A DNA stretch of 64,000 nucleotides, filler included, from Stramenopiles sp. TOSAG23-6 (Eukaryota), in assembly GCA_900128565.1 (NCBI GenBank). It is 5 parts of 5 records of this genome, joined end to end, with 100 filler letters (N's around TTAATTAATTAA, not from the genome) between each part and the next. Parts side by side here need not be neighbours in the genome. Positions count along the whole stretch, not along the records: positions 1 to 13,099 come from LT636175.1; positions 13,200 to 26,260 come from LT636176.1; 3 more parts are not named here. One strand, given 5' to 3'. A program made the translations under genes and the position numbers. Positions 11,214-23,023 of the stretch are shown here, one piece after another. The number at the start of each line of letters is the position of its first letter. Position 1 is the stretch's first letter. Below the pieces are notes generated by a model. That model did not search any database. It was not told the DNA's origin and saw nothing but the letters and a program-made list of their open reading frames with translations.

Positions 11214-13029
11214 ATGCCTGCACAATATACCATATTGTTTATATTTCTGACTTACGTGGCCATAGTTGTTCCAAGGTTAGTGAGTGGCGATGATGCGTTT
11301 AAAACACTGCAGTTAGATTTTGTCAGTCGTCTTGCAGCTGCACCAAACAAAGAAATATTTGAGACTGAATTTCTCAAGACTCTCAAAAATATTAAATCAA
11401 TGCATACATGGAACTGGCATGTATTAGGCACTGACTCTACATTGAAAAATGAATATGATGGTCCACATCCAAATGATTCTGTTGCCGTAATTGGTTGTGG
11501 ACTTTCAGGTCTTACAGCAGCCAAACATTTACTTCTTCAAGGTCGTAAAGTGGTTTTGATAGAAAAGTCAGGATTTTGTGGTGGAAATTCTTCGAAAGCT
11601 TCATCAGGAATAAATGGTGGCTGGACTGAACGGCAAAAGAAAATAGGAATTACAGATTCTGCTGATTTACTTTTTTTTGATACACTGAAATCAGCATCTC
11701 GTCCTGAAGGAAGTTATACATCAAAACTCATTCGTAAAATGGCCGACGAATCTAAACGTGCGGTTGAGTGGATTGCAAAACACGCGAATGTTAGTATGCC
11801 TGATGTAGGTCAGCTAGGTGGGCATAGTGTTCCGCGGACACATCGTCCACGTACAGGTTTGTCCGGGGCTGCCTTTATTTCTGGGCTGGAAAAATCAATT
11901 CGGTACGTTTTTTTCATTTTTTTTCCATTTTTTTTTTCATAGATAATTTTGTACCTAATGATTTTTTCTACAATATTTTTTCACAATACATGAAATATGA
12001 GGGCGATTTACTCACGATTCATAGAGGTGTTTCACTAACAGATCTTATTCCTCTATTTGCAACAACAAAATCTAAGAATGAACTTGATGACACCTGCTCT
12101 CATGACACATTTGACAACCCTAACCCTACCTCATGCAATAATCCTAACACTAACGAGAATTCACGACGTGCTTGGTTATTGAAGCTTCAAAAAGTTGATA
12201 GAAAATACAAACAAATTGGCTATAAACAACAAGTAGCTGTACAATCTGTAATATTAGCAACAGGTGGTTTTGCTGCTGATAGAGCGCCTGGCGGATTATT
12301 AGAAGAATTGCTACCCAAAAGTGGGGCTTCTCCAAAACTTCCAACGACAAATGTGCGTCAAAGACAAAGGTTTCATCATATTTTTTTTTTCACACGAAAT
12401 GTAGAGCCTAACAATTTTTGTTTTTTTAATATTTTTTTCACAATTCATGGAGCATGGGCTACTGGGGATGGTATAAAAATTGCTCGGAAGGTAGGTGCAG
12501 CAACAGTTGATATGGAAATGGTTCAAATCCATCCAACAGGATTTAGCGATCATCCCTCAGGTTTTAAGGATGATGGCACCAGAGTTCTTTGCGCCGAAAT
12601 TTTACGTGGTGTTGGTGGAATTCTTTTAAATGATGACGGTGAACGTTTTACGGATGAGTTAGAAACACGAAAAACGATTACATCAAAAATGAAGCAACTG
12701 CATACAAGTGGAAAATCTAAATCTGGGAAGTTCGTCATTGCTTTACCATCTGAAGCTTGGAAACAAGTGGATGCTCATGTTCACATTTATACAGGCAAAC
12801 AACTTTTACATTGGGTTGATGGATTTGAAGGTGTTACACACTTTATTCAGGATCGTCTAAACGGCACAGGAAAATTTGTCAAGTCGACGTTTTTAAATAC
12901 AACAAATCGTACCTCCATTGCTATACCTAGGAAAACATCAGTTCATCTGCCCCTATCAGGAAAATATCTTGTTGGTCTCGTGGAACCAGTGTTGCATTAT
13001 ACTATGGGTGGATTAAAAGTTCATCCAAT
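11214..13029 (+). CDS. FAD-dependent fumarate reductase flavoprotein (Osm1/Frd1-like), 3' end cut by gap
   Basis: VIGCGLSG, GGNSSKASSGING, GGHSVPRTH, LATGGF, PTTN|GAWATGDG, VQIHPTG, EILRGVGG, HYTMGG. Confidence 0.9.
11903..11991 (+). mobile_element. Introner-like intron, GT...AT
   Basis: Joins LEKSIR|KYEGD in frame; ends CACAATAC-AT. Confidence 0.8.
12353..12448 (+). mobile_element. Introner-like intron, GT...AT, AT repeated
   Basis: Restores PTTNGAWATGDG. Confidence 0.85.
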
Positions 13030-13099
13030 GTATGTTTTTTTTTTTTTTTTTTTCCGAATTTTTTTTTTGTACGAAATTTTTTACCTAAAAATTTTTTTT
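13030..13099 (+). mobile_element. Partial element copy at contig end
   Basis: AT|GTATGTTTT...GTACGAAATTTTTTACCTAA then gap. Confidence 0.7.
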
Positions 13100-13199
13100 N
13101 NNNNNNNNNNNNNNNNNNNNNNNNNNNNNNNNNNNNNNNNNNNTTAATTAATTAANNNNNNNNNNNNNNNNNNNNNNNNNNNNNNNNNNNNNNNNNNNN
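13100..13199. other. Artificial contig linker
   Basis: N-run with TTAATTAATTAA (stops in all six frames). Confidence 0.95.
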
Positions 13200-16100
13200 T
13201 GAAGAGAGATGGAAATGATTGGAAGAATATNTGTAAAACAGCTGCAATGCTTCACGTAAGTGGTGTACCTTTGAAATGGGATCAANTAGTCGAAGGAGCC
13301 AAACGAGTTCGTTTACCTACTNCTNTATTNTGTGGTCAAAGGTATTGGTATGAANCTCGCAAAAAGTTGACAGAAACGGATGANANATTTGTAAGGATAT
13401 GGTCCAATTACAAACAGAATAGCCCTTCTTGGAATATAGAAGAAAATTCATTTGTTATTTACAACCTCGAAGGTTATTCCAATTTGAATGATATTGAAAA
13501 TGTGGACCATATTATATTTAATAATGTAAGTTTGAAACATTGTTTATTAATCATTCAAGATATAGCAAATCGTGTGNCAAAGAAAAAAATACACATTATA
13601 TTTCATACTGAGTTCGAGGATGAGATATGGGGATTTGCTCGCACTTTGCGGAGNGAGTACACACATTGGAAAGTCCAGTGCTTCGCTAGCGATGGAGACC
13701 CATTTAAAATTCAGTGGTGTCAAAATGAACTTGAACAGCGATACACAAATNACCAATTACAAATACCAGATCTAGAAAAGCTCATCATACCAAAACGGCA
13801 TATTCAATATGAGCCCGATGATGTTGTTATGATNACTGGAGGNCTTGGTCATATTGGCCTGTCTTTGGCAAAATATTTTGTCGATAGTGGTTGCAATGAC
13901 GTTTTGTTACTATCCCGATCAAAAAAGAGTGTAGATTCGCTAAACTTAGGGCCCAAAATCAGTGTGNCAGTATGTGATGTATCTGACCCCATTCAAGTGT
14001 CTTNACTNTTTAGTGGTGAAAAGATGCAGAAACTTCGCTTTGTAGTTCATGCCGCAGGAATATTATCAGATGGCTTGATTTCTAATTTGTCAACAAAAAT
14101 GTTTGATGATGTTTACTCGCCGAAAGTTACAGGTGCAATAAATATTGCTACTTCTATTGACCATATTTTTGGACAAGAATTACATCGAATGCCTTTACTC
14201 ATATTTTGTTCTTCTATCTCAGCTTTATTTGGCTCAGTGGGGCAAGCCAATTATGCGTCTGCAAATGCTGCCCTAGATTCGATTGCATTGAAGAGGTCAA
14301 ATGAGGGAAAACCCACGTTATCGGTTCAGTTTGGACCATGGTCTGGAGGGGGGATGGCAACAGATGAACTAAGAGCTAAATTCGTTAAAACTGGATTGGG
14401 GTGGATAGAGCCTAAAGCTGGAGCTTCTACACTTACAAATTTGATTGCGAATGGAAAAAGTGGTGTTGTGTTGTACGCTGTATTCACGNATAAGNATCTA
14501 AATCAGGATTTTGCAGCTCCTCTTGATGAGCAAAGAGACACGGGGTTTGAATATCTACATCGCTTGACCAAAGCAGAACGCACCTCGGTAATTCAAAAAA
14601 TTCTTGCTCCGACATTTCAAGATGCTGGTATCGTTTATACAACGACAGATCAGACATGGAGCGAATTAGGAATGGACTCGTTACAACTTATGGACTTGCA
14701 GAATGGAATCAAAGTTCGATTCAAAATGATAAATTTACCAGCAGCATTTGTATTTAAGTACGAAACTCCAGTTGAAATGATATATGCGTTATCTGAATTA
14801 TTTGATCATGTGCCGTCAGATATGAGACGAAAAGAATTTAATTGGATAACTTCCGTTTCCTGTGGAGAACATGAACAATACATTGGACGCCGACTGAAAG
14901 TCCCAATTTTATTCGTGCTTTCTTGTCCTCGATCGGGCTCTACGTTACTTCAAATGTGTATAAATTCACAATCAGTGTTCTTTGCACCACAAGAGCTATA
15001 CTTGCTAAATTTTGACACCATGAAGGAGAGAAAACAATCCCTAGAAGGTACAACATACTTGGATGGTCTCGTGAAATGTGTCCAAGATTTGCAATGTATA
15101 GCAACCCCTGACGCAGAAAAAATCATTGCATCATGGGAAGATTGGACAATACGGGAAGTATACGATCAGCTTCAAAGCTGGTGTGCCCCACGAATATTTG
15201 TTGACAAAACTCCAATATATGGTATTCATTCAAATGTATTGCAGCGAAGTTATGAATTATTTGAGGCACCTCGCTTTGTTCATCTTACACGGCACCCATA
15301 CACTTGTATAAAGTCTTGGGTCGAACATAGTGAGAGAACTGCATTGTTACATGGAGGAGATCACAAAAGTTCACAAGATTGGTCAAAAATAGAGCAATTG
15401 TACCACACATTTAACAGCAATATTGCCACATTTGTTGAAGAGAACTCCAATCACTCGGAGCGAATAACATATGAGAATTTAGTTCAAAATATGCCGGATG
15501 TGATAGAACGTATTTGTCACCTCTGCTCTGTAGCTCCAGCGTCTAACACTATAAATCCATATGATGATAAAAAAACTTTAGAAATCTTCAGGGGTATTAA
15601 TGGTATTACAATTGGCGACCCCAAAGTACTTAAGGAATCTCGCATTAATTCCGATCGTGCTCATGATTGGCGACATGTACTTGTTCCTCGCCAGTTATCG
15701 CTTAATACAGCAAAACTTGCACGGTCTTTTGGTTATGAAATTGATTCGTGTTTTCCACACGAGATTTACTGCCTTCATCGTGCTTCATGTGATCTCAGTG
15801 TCATCACACTTGTCTTTCATGATATTAGTGGAACCTTCTCTGAAATACTTGATTCTGCAGTAACCTTCGGAAAATCCAACGATACATGGGTTTATGGTAT
15901 ATGTGCTACAAAACAAGTTTTAAATACCCTGGAAACATTTGAGGAGCTTATTGAACATTACCAAAACATCATCCAGCATTGTTTTCCTGATGCGAAACGT
16001 TTTAATTTAGTAGCATATTCACTTGGGTTTCGCATTGCATATGCCCTTGGAGTTGCTTTCGAGCGTGAAGGTATATATGTGAAATTGGTCTCCGTAGATG

Positions 16101-17473
16101 GACCAGTCTATAAACCAATTAATACGGACATAGAAGACTTTATTATTGATAGATTTGCATCCGACCCTGCAAAGAGATTCGATAAGAACAATGTGAAAGT
16201 GTTAAAAAGACTTGCTTCATCATACGTGACAACAGCTAAATGTAAGAGCTCTATTCTGTATATACATGCCCCAGATATGGTACCATATCAGTGGTTTCAG
16301 CATAGCAATGGTGTGGAGGTTCTTCCCATACTTCATCGGTCAAACGAACATGCTGCTGTACTGATATTTTTTGTACCCACAAGCGGAGAGACAATTACAT
16401 TTTCTAAAAGGGATTTCCAAAGTTTAACTGCAGTAGGACACTGGTATGCTGGTGTATTTACCCTGCAAAGGACCACCCTTCCAAACAAAATTAGTGTGTT
16501 TTCAAAACAGAATGCTATGCTAGATGTACCTCCAGGTCATGCTGTGATACTAAGGTTACATCCTCAACAATATTCGTCTTCAAGCATTGTAGTAAAGTTA
16601 CCTGGGACTTCTGGAAGCCAGCAACGTTTTAAATTACTGCCATTTCAATATCGCCCCGCGACATTGTGGACGTCAGATGCATCATCTCGTTTTCTATTTA
16701 CAACACTCATTGACGAATTTCGATTTCCAGATCATACACCCCAGCGACTAAAAAGAATGTTTTTACCGGTGTCAAATCAGTCTTTGGTATATTTTTATTT
16801 ATCGTCCGTGGCATGGAAAAGTATTTCATTTACGACGACGGACGTTACTAAAATTTTTAGCTGGACTGTTTTCCTAACTTATTATGATAAATGTGGTCAT
16901 GCAATGCATGGTGAACAAGTACTCATTTCAAATAAGAAAGCAACTATTTCATTATACAAGCCTGGGTATATTGTTTTAGGTCGAGTGATACCTCGAACTA
17001 TAAATGACTTATCCCAATTGATGTATAAAACATCAATTACTTTGCATAATAATGCACAGGTATATGGCCCAATACTTTTGGAAAAGTTTAACAACTTTGA
17101 AAACATACCTAGCAACCCACAGAGCATCACACCCAAAAGAAAACTTCGGATTTTATTGCTTACAGCTTTGCAAGAACACGCTCAAAAACACGACGAAGAA
17201 AAAATAGATAAATATTGGAATATTAAAATTTTGAAGACATTAGCTTCCAATGTCACAGTTGTGAGTAAACCAATTGGTACCCACCATTTTAATATATGCG
17301 ATTGTGATATTGCTCAAGATTTAACAAACTTTTTACACTCTACAGAGGATGTACAAACTGACATTGATATGGAAGAGCCTCAAATGGTGCACGAATTACC
17401 CTTACAGTGGATGCGAATGGCAACTCGGATATTTTTCGTTGCAATGTTTTTATTGGCACTTCTAAAAATCTAG
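13200..17473 (+). CDS. Type I polyketide synthase, C-terminal part: KR-ACP-sulfotransferase-thioesterase-like, 5' truncated
   Basis: RVRLPT..RYW linker; TGxLGHIG, HAAG, GQANYASAN (KR); ELGMDSL (ACP); LSCPRSGSTLL, DKTP, RHP (sulfotransferase); AYSLG, VSVDG (thioesterase). Confidence 0.88.
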
Positions 17474-17640
17474 AAATGATAAGTTTTTGCTTTCAGAAAG
17501 TGAATACAAAAATTATGAAAATAAATTTATCTTTAAGATTTTGTTATCAAACTTTGGGATATTTATAATGAACGCAACAAAAAAGATTAACTAAAATACG
17601 AACTTATCAGAGTTTTGAATTATGAATTCTACACAACATA

Positions 17641-18642
17641 TTATCTAGTAGGTCGCCACTTTTTTGATACAGAAGCACCTCCACCAGCAAATGCAGACTT
17701 TGCTCTTTGTAAGTGCAATATATGCTTTTTTTTAAAGGCTTTCCCAGTAACAGGACATTTCATTGTTGGTTCCACAAGTTCCTTGAAATATTTTTCGAGA
17801 ATAACTGCACCAGTATTCTTGAGGAGGATAACATTTTGCCAATTGATTTGTTTCTGTGATACAGAACACAAATATTTTGGAACTTTACTCAAAGCTGTAT
17901 CTTTCTGAGGTTTTTGTTTATCTGGTTCATTGGAACTTTCTCTCTGACTTGCTGAATTTTTATCTTCATCCAGTACGAGTGTTACAGGTTTGAGATCTTT
18001 AACTCGAAGTGGCCTTCCAGAGAAAGGACTTTCTGGATACTTTGGCGGTTTAGCTACTCTATCTTCTTTAGCAGGTGGTGCAAATTCCGGAAGCCAAAAA
18101 CTACTCTTAGCAAGTTCATCGAGTTTCTGTTTTTTTGTTCTTTTATCAGGTTCTGTACGGCGAAGGCGTTTTCGTGCATTAATTTCTGCTTGCTTTTCTT
18201 CTGTTGTTCTTGCCACTCGTTTCTGGTTCATTGGCTTGAGATGTATATCTTGATTTAATTCAATACTTTTCTTGGCGGATGTACACATTTTTTCCTGATC
18301 AGCTATAAAATCTGAAATACGTTTGTTAGTCTCTATTGTCGTCGGGGCAATATACTTCGCTACATCCGTTTCACGTTGCGCTTCGTATAACACCCGCTGC
18401 TTCTTTAGCTCTTCTGTTTTGTTCAACAAATACTTATATATCACTTCTTTAGAATAAATGTGACCACTAGGGCTTGCTACTGGATTAACCGCAGGGTGCA
18501 AAGATAATGCACAGTAACCAAAAGGTGTTTGGGAATCAACCCCAGCACGCTTCTTTAAAGTTCCAGCCTCATGTTGTTGTCTCTCTGAGTACGTGTGAAA
18601 GCCCCTAGTCCCAGCACTTTTACTAGCGCGCGAGCGACCCAT
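17641..18642 (-). CDS. NOSIP: Nitric oxide synthase-interacting protein homolog
   Basis: HTYSER, DSQTPFGYCALSLHPAVNPVASPSGHIYSKE, SFWLP, CPVTGK, SAFAGGG. Confidence 0.88.
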   Translation of the reverse strand: MGRSRASKSAGTRGFHTYSERQQHEAGTLKKRAGVDSQTPFGYCALSLHPAVNPVASPSGHIYSKEVIYKYLLNKTEELKKQRVLYEAQRETDVAKYIAPTTIETNKRISDFIADQEKMCTSAKKSIELNQDIHLKPMNQKRVARTTEEKQAEINARKRLRRTEPDKRTKKQKLDELAKSSFWLPEFAPPAKEDRVAKPPKYPESPFSGRPLRVKDLKPVTLVLDEDKNSASQRESSNEPDKQKPQKDTALSKVPKYLCSVSQKQINWQNVILLKNTGAVILEKYFKELVEPTMKCPVTGKAFKKKHILHLQRAKSAFAGGGASVSKKWRPTR

Positions 18643-18926
18643 CTTATACGGCGCTGTAAAATGTCTGGCAATATAGCAAAAATAAAGTAGACAACTTAGA
18701 TAATTTTCCAAAGATGAGGGATCAATATACAGACGTAAAATCTGAGTCGAGTCGACGAGACGACATGGAGCACCGACCTCGGGACAAACAAAGAAAGGAA
18801 AGACGAAGGAAGAGGAGCGAAAAAAACGTTCGCTCTGGTCAAAACCCTTTTAGCTTGCATTACCGTGACATAACGTAGAATGCCGAACTTTTAGAAAACT
18901 TAAACTTAGAAAGCACATTCTCTATT

Positions 18927-19262
18927 ATGACAGACGTCTACTTTGGCAAATTTAATGAACCTTTACGAAATTGTCTGAATGAAATGCGTTTTAGCCTAGA
19001 AGCGATTAATGAGATATACGATAAACATTATGATAAATTAGACGAGGATGGAAAGATTATACTTCACGCAAAGGTCTCTTCATGGTTAGAATTTTATGGA
19101 CTAACGCGAAAAAATAATTATCAGACTAAGAGTAATAATGAGATGAAACTTATAATACTCAATATATTGAACAAGATTCGCTCTGGTGTTTGTGGTTCTT
19201 CTGTCGAAGACATTTGTATATATTTACAGACGTGTATTAAAGGATATGAAAATATTGGCTAA
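18927..19262 (+). CDS. Hypothetical protein
   Basis: 111-aa ATG ORF divergent from NOSIP; no motif recognised. Confidence 0.4.
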   Translation: MTDVYFGKFNEPLRNCLNEMRFSLEAINEIYDKHYDKLDEDGKIILHAKVSSWLEFYGLTRKNNYQTKSNNEMKLIILNILNKIRSGVCGSSVEDICIYLQTCIKGYENIG

Positions 19263-19461
19263 TGTTTTTGTGGTACTATCCAATCGCCGAAGAAATGCAC
19301 TCTAAAATTGAGATATTAACACATTATACTTGAAATAGTACTGCCTAGAATACTTTCTTGAGATACTTTACTGCATGTCATAGTCGCGAACCATTCGAAC
19401 TTTTATTGAGGAGAGGGATTAAGATAATCCCTATACAAAGATTTCACACTTATAATAATTC

Positions 19462-21093
19462 TCATACTTGAATAAAATTTCGTGTCACAATGCCTTTGCT
19501 TTCAGTTTGAATCAGACTTTTGTGAAGAGTGTTATACTTCTCAAATAAATCATGGTTATCCTTTCGAACCTGTTCCTCATTTATACCCAATAGACTGAAA
19601 GAAAATTCAATTGTTTTTGAGCTTTTTCGCGGATTCGCATCAATGTATTTCTTAACTCGATTTAATGAAGTTTCATCGATTTCATCAGAAGATGGTTGGG
19701 GATCCAGCTCACCTAAAAAGGAAAAAATACGGCGTATAACGTGCAAGTTATCATTAAAAAACTCAGAAGAGTCTAAATCCAAAATTTGACCAGATTTGTC
19801 TTTCACCAAAGTGACATTATATTCATTTGTTGTTGTGCACCCACCACGGTATTTAATAAACGATTGCAGAAGTGCCCTTAATAAGGGTAACATGTAGTTG
19901 TTGAAAGTGAACGAAGCATCCGGATTTCTTTCAAATAATGATTTNACTAAACTGATCATAACTGAGATCGATTTAAGGGATGAGATAGGATCCCGGTATA
20001 ACGTAATTATTCGCGCATCAGGAAATACCTTCATAATATCTGAAAAATGTGCATAATACAATGGATTTTTCAATAGCCACGGTAGATTTTCTTCAGAGTC
20101 TCCATTTTGTTGTCGGCGTTGCCACTGTAGTATTTGAAGTATTTTCTTAAAATTCTGAAATTTCATTTTTGAGATTTTTTCGTTATTCATAAAAAGTTTA
20201 AAGAAAGACTTACTTTTGAAGCAAATACTGATAAGGACAGATTGGAAGTGCACATTAAATAAAAGAGTTTCTTCCTCAGGTTGATCTGCTCTCGTTATAT
20301 TATGCATCAGTTGAAATAATGGCACTGCACCATTTATAAATTTTAAAAAGTTTTTCCCTTTTTCAAGTCTTTGGTCATTATTTCTTGAATAAGTTGACAA
20401 TGGAGGCCAAATGAAAGGATATTTCGTTTCATAATATTTGATAAATTTGAATTTTCCTGTCTCGGCTAAAAGTCGGTGTAGATGTGTTGTCCCGGTTCTA
20501 AACAGTGATGCGATAATGAGAGGTTTTCTGATTGGTTCTTCAAGAATTTCTGGATGTGCTGTGAGCAAAGCAGCCATTTGTAGTTTTGAAGAAAGAAGTT
20601 CTACAATTTGCATATGAACGGCATATCTAGAAAGCGCATGGAAGTCATTTTCATCTCCATTCACACATTCTATGACTAAGTCTAGTCCGGGCATAAACTC
20701 GTCTTCATTACCAAAGTCAGAGAGCCCCGTTTGAGTCTGTGCTTTATTCATTAGCGATTTTTTATCCAATGGCCACATACATTTAGCAAAAGGTGAAAGA
20801 AGAATATTGAGAAGCAAATATGGAAAGGGAAGGCTATTTACCGACAGATCGAGCAAAATGTATTTCCCACTCTTTTTGTCCTTTCTAAAGAGCCTGGAAT
20901 TAGAGAAGCAGCTCCGCCTGACGTATTCAAACACAAGTCGAACAGAAACCACAATTAGTATTTGGCATAGAGCGGTTTCTAGTGATAATACATTATTCCA
21001 GATGAGTAAGGTGATCAGACAGAGGCAAATCAAAATTAAAGTGATTCTTGTCAAATTGAATGTTTGTTCAACATCAGAGCATTTACAATTCAT
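19462..21093 (-). CDS. Sulfotransferase family protein with N-terminal transmembrane segments
   Basis: PLIIASLFRTGTTHLHRLL, QPEEE, WLLKNP, LYRDP. Confidence 0.8.
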   Translation of the reverse strand: MNCKCSDVEQTFNLTRITLILICLCLITLLIWNNVLSLETALCQILIVVSVRLVFEYVRRSCFSNSRLFRKDKKSGKYILLDLSVNSLPFPYLLLNILLSPFAKCMWPLDKKSLMNKAQTQTGLSDFGNEDEFMPGLDLVIECVNGDENDFHALSRYAVHMQIVELLSSKLQMAALLTAHPEILEEPIRKPLIIASLFRTGTTHLHRLLAETGKFKFIKYYETKYPFIWPPLSTYSRNNDQRLEKGKNFLKFINGAVPLFQLMHNITRADQPEEETLLFNVHFQSVLISICFKSKSFFKLFMNNEKISKMKFQNFKKILQILQWQRRQQNGDSEENLPWLLKNPLYYAHFSDIMKVFPDARIITLYRDPISSLKSISVMISLXKSLFERNPDASFTFNNYMLPLLRALLQSFIKYRGGCTTTNEYNVTLVKDKSGQILDLDSSEFFNDNLHVIRRIFSFLGELDPQPSSDEIDETSLNRVKKYIDANPRKSSKTIEFSFSLLGINEEQVRKDNHDLFEKYNTLHKSLIQTESKGIVTRNFIQV

Positions 21094-21421
21094 TTTAAAA
21101 CTTGGTGGCAATTTATTAAGAAAGAGAAGTGATATTTTTTTCCAAGCCAAAACTGAGTCGTAAGAACACCGAAAAGATGTCGGGGTTCGGGGTTCGGCAT
21201 TAGTGCCAGTTCGCGGTAAAGAATGTCAAATAAATCGAAAACGAAATGGCCGTTACACAATCTAATCAAATCTGAAACTGGTCAGAATGAGAGATATATT
21301 ATTATTTACATTAGACGTTAATCATTCGATGTCTCAAAAGAGTGATAGATTCTATTGATACTTATCATGAATTCATACAAATAAATAGTAAGCTTTATTT
21401 ATTTGCGTGTGATTTTGTAGA

Positions 21422-22675
21422 ATGTGCACTAGCCGAGCACATCGAGGCTCCGCTTCGTGGTTACATTTGAACGTAGATAACGAGGTATATTTCCACGAGA
21501 TCAAAGGGCACAGAACAGCGTCCAAGAAACAGAATCGTATTGAATTTGAACTAAAGAAACTTTTGACTGGAGGCAATGCATTTAATGGTAGTGCAGCGGA
21601 TTCATTAGGCGTTTCGAAGAAAACTTCTGTCTCAACTAAAAGAGGTGTTGTACGACAAAATAATGTACCAAAGTTAAGTAAACAAGAAAATATGAAAAGT
21701 AGAAGGAAAAAAAAAACTGAGAGTTCTAATAGATTACCAGGTGAATATATACATAAACGATGGCCAGCTACAAATCCAAGGATTATAAAGCCTGATCCAG
21801 CTCAACGTTTCCTTTCTCCTTTGAGTAATAGAGTACGTTTTCAAAATTGAATTTATTTTTTTTGTACCAAATTTTGTAGCTAACAAATTTTTTTACTTTT
21901 AAAAAATATTTTTCAACAATACGAGGAATTAGAAGAGGAAGTGTCAACGCTATGGTTCATAGAAAAACTAGGGTGAATTATCTGTCACATTTAAAAAATT
22001 TAAAAAAATTAAAGAATCTCAGTAAATTTGGAACGACAAAGAAACCTGAAAAGGAGAATTCGATTCCCGTTTTCTCTACTATTGAAAGAAATGAACATCG
22101 AAATCGGATGTCTGTTTTTATTTTTTTCAATTTCGATTTTTTTTCGTACGAAAATTTGTATCTAACAAAAAAATTGAATGTAAAATATTTTTTCACAATA
22201 CATTGATCGTGAATTTTCACTATGGAAAACTGATATAGAGAAACGACGTCTAGCTTTACTTCAACTTGGAGATGAAGATCCAATTACAGAGGGATACAAT
22301 AATAATGTCTTGTTTAGATATACTAAAATGGAGTCAACAAATCAATCAGAATCCAAAAAAAAATCCTCATCTTATGTCAAAAATGGTGTTTTAGTAAATT
22401 TTTTGCCCAGAGAAAAAACACTCAATAACCCAGTCAATCAAAATATAAGAAAGCTGATATCAAAATCTAAAGTTCATCCGAAAAAGGTAAAACTACCGTT
22501 TATAGCTTCAAAGAAAGACATGAGATTTCAATTGTCGCCAAGAGCTCACAGTAAACCTTATTATGCTACTGGACCTGACTGGGCAGCAAAAGATAAGTTA
22601 ACTGCTTTACTGTGGAATGATGTAGACCCCACGAGAAGTTGGCCAACTTTTTATGATAGACCTGAACTTAAATGA
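21422..22675 (+). CDS. Hypothetical basic protein, 3 exons
   Basis: ORFs 21422, 21952 and 22310 fuse in frame when 21833-21924 and 22110-22203 are removed. Confidence 0.65.
21833..21924 (+). mobile_element. Introner-like intron, GT...GA, GA repeated
   Basis: aga|GTACG...CAATAC-GA|gga puts exon 2 in frame with the ATG at 21952. Confidence 0.75.
22110..22203 (+). mobile_element. Introner-like intron, GT...AT, AT repeated
   Basis: In-frame join into the ORF ending at 22675. Confidence 0.8.
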
Positions 22676-23023
22676 ATTATTTACACAGTTTTTATACTAG
22701 CTAGTAGAACCTGATAAAGTTTTAAAAAATAAAAATTTTAAATTTAATTATTAATTAAATGAAATTACCTAAAAAGCAGGTTTGTATTCTGTGAACGATC
22801 AGAATTGATCGAATCGCGATTATTTAGATTTCCATTAAATTGTCCGACACAATTAAATTGCAAGTCTTGCTTGGTGGTGTAGCAATGCTCGCAGTCAAAT
22901 CAGTCACTATAGTTTGATTGAATATCTCCCTACAAAATCATTAATTAAATATATTTAACGTCTTAAAAGTTCGGCTTGGCTGGAACATTGTAGTGTATTG
23001 CAGAACATAAGGGTTCTTGATTC

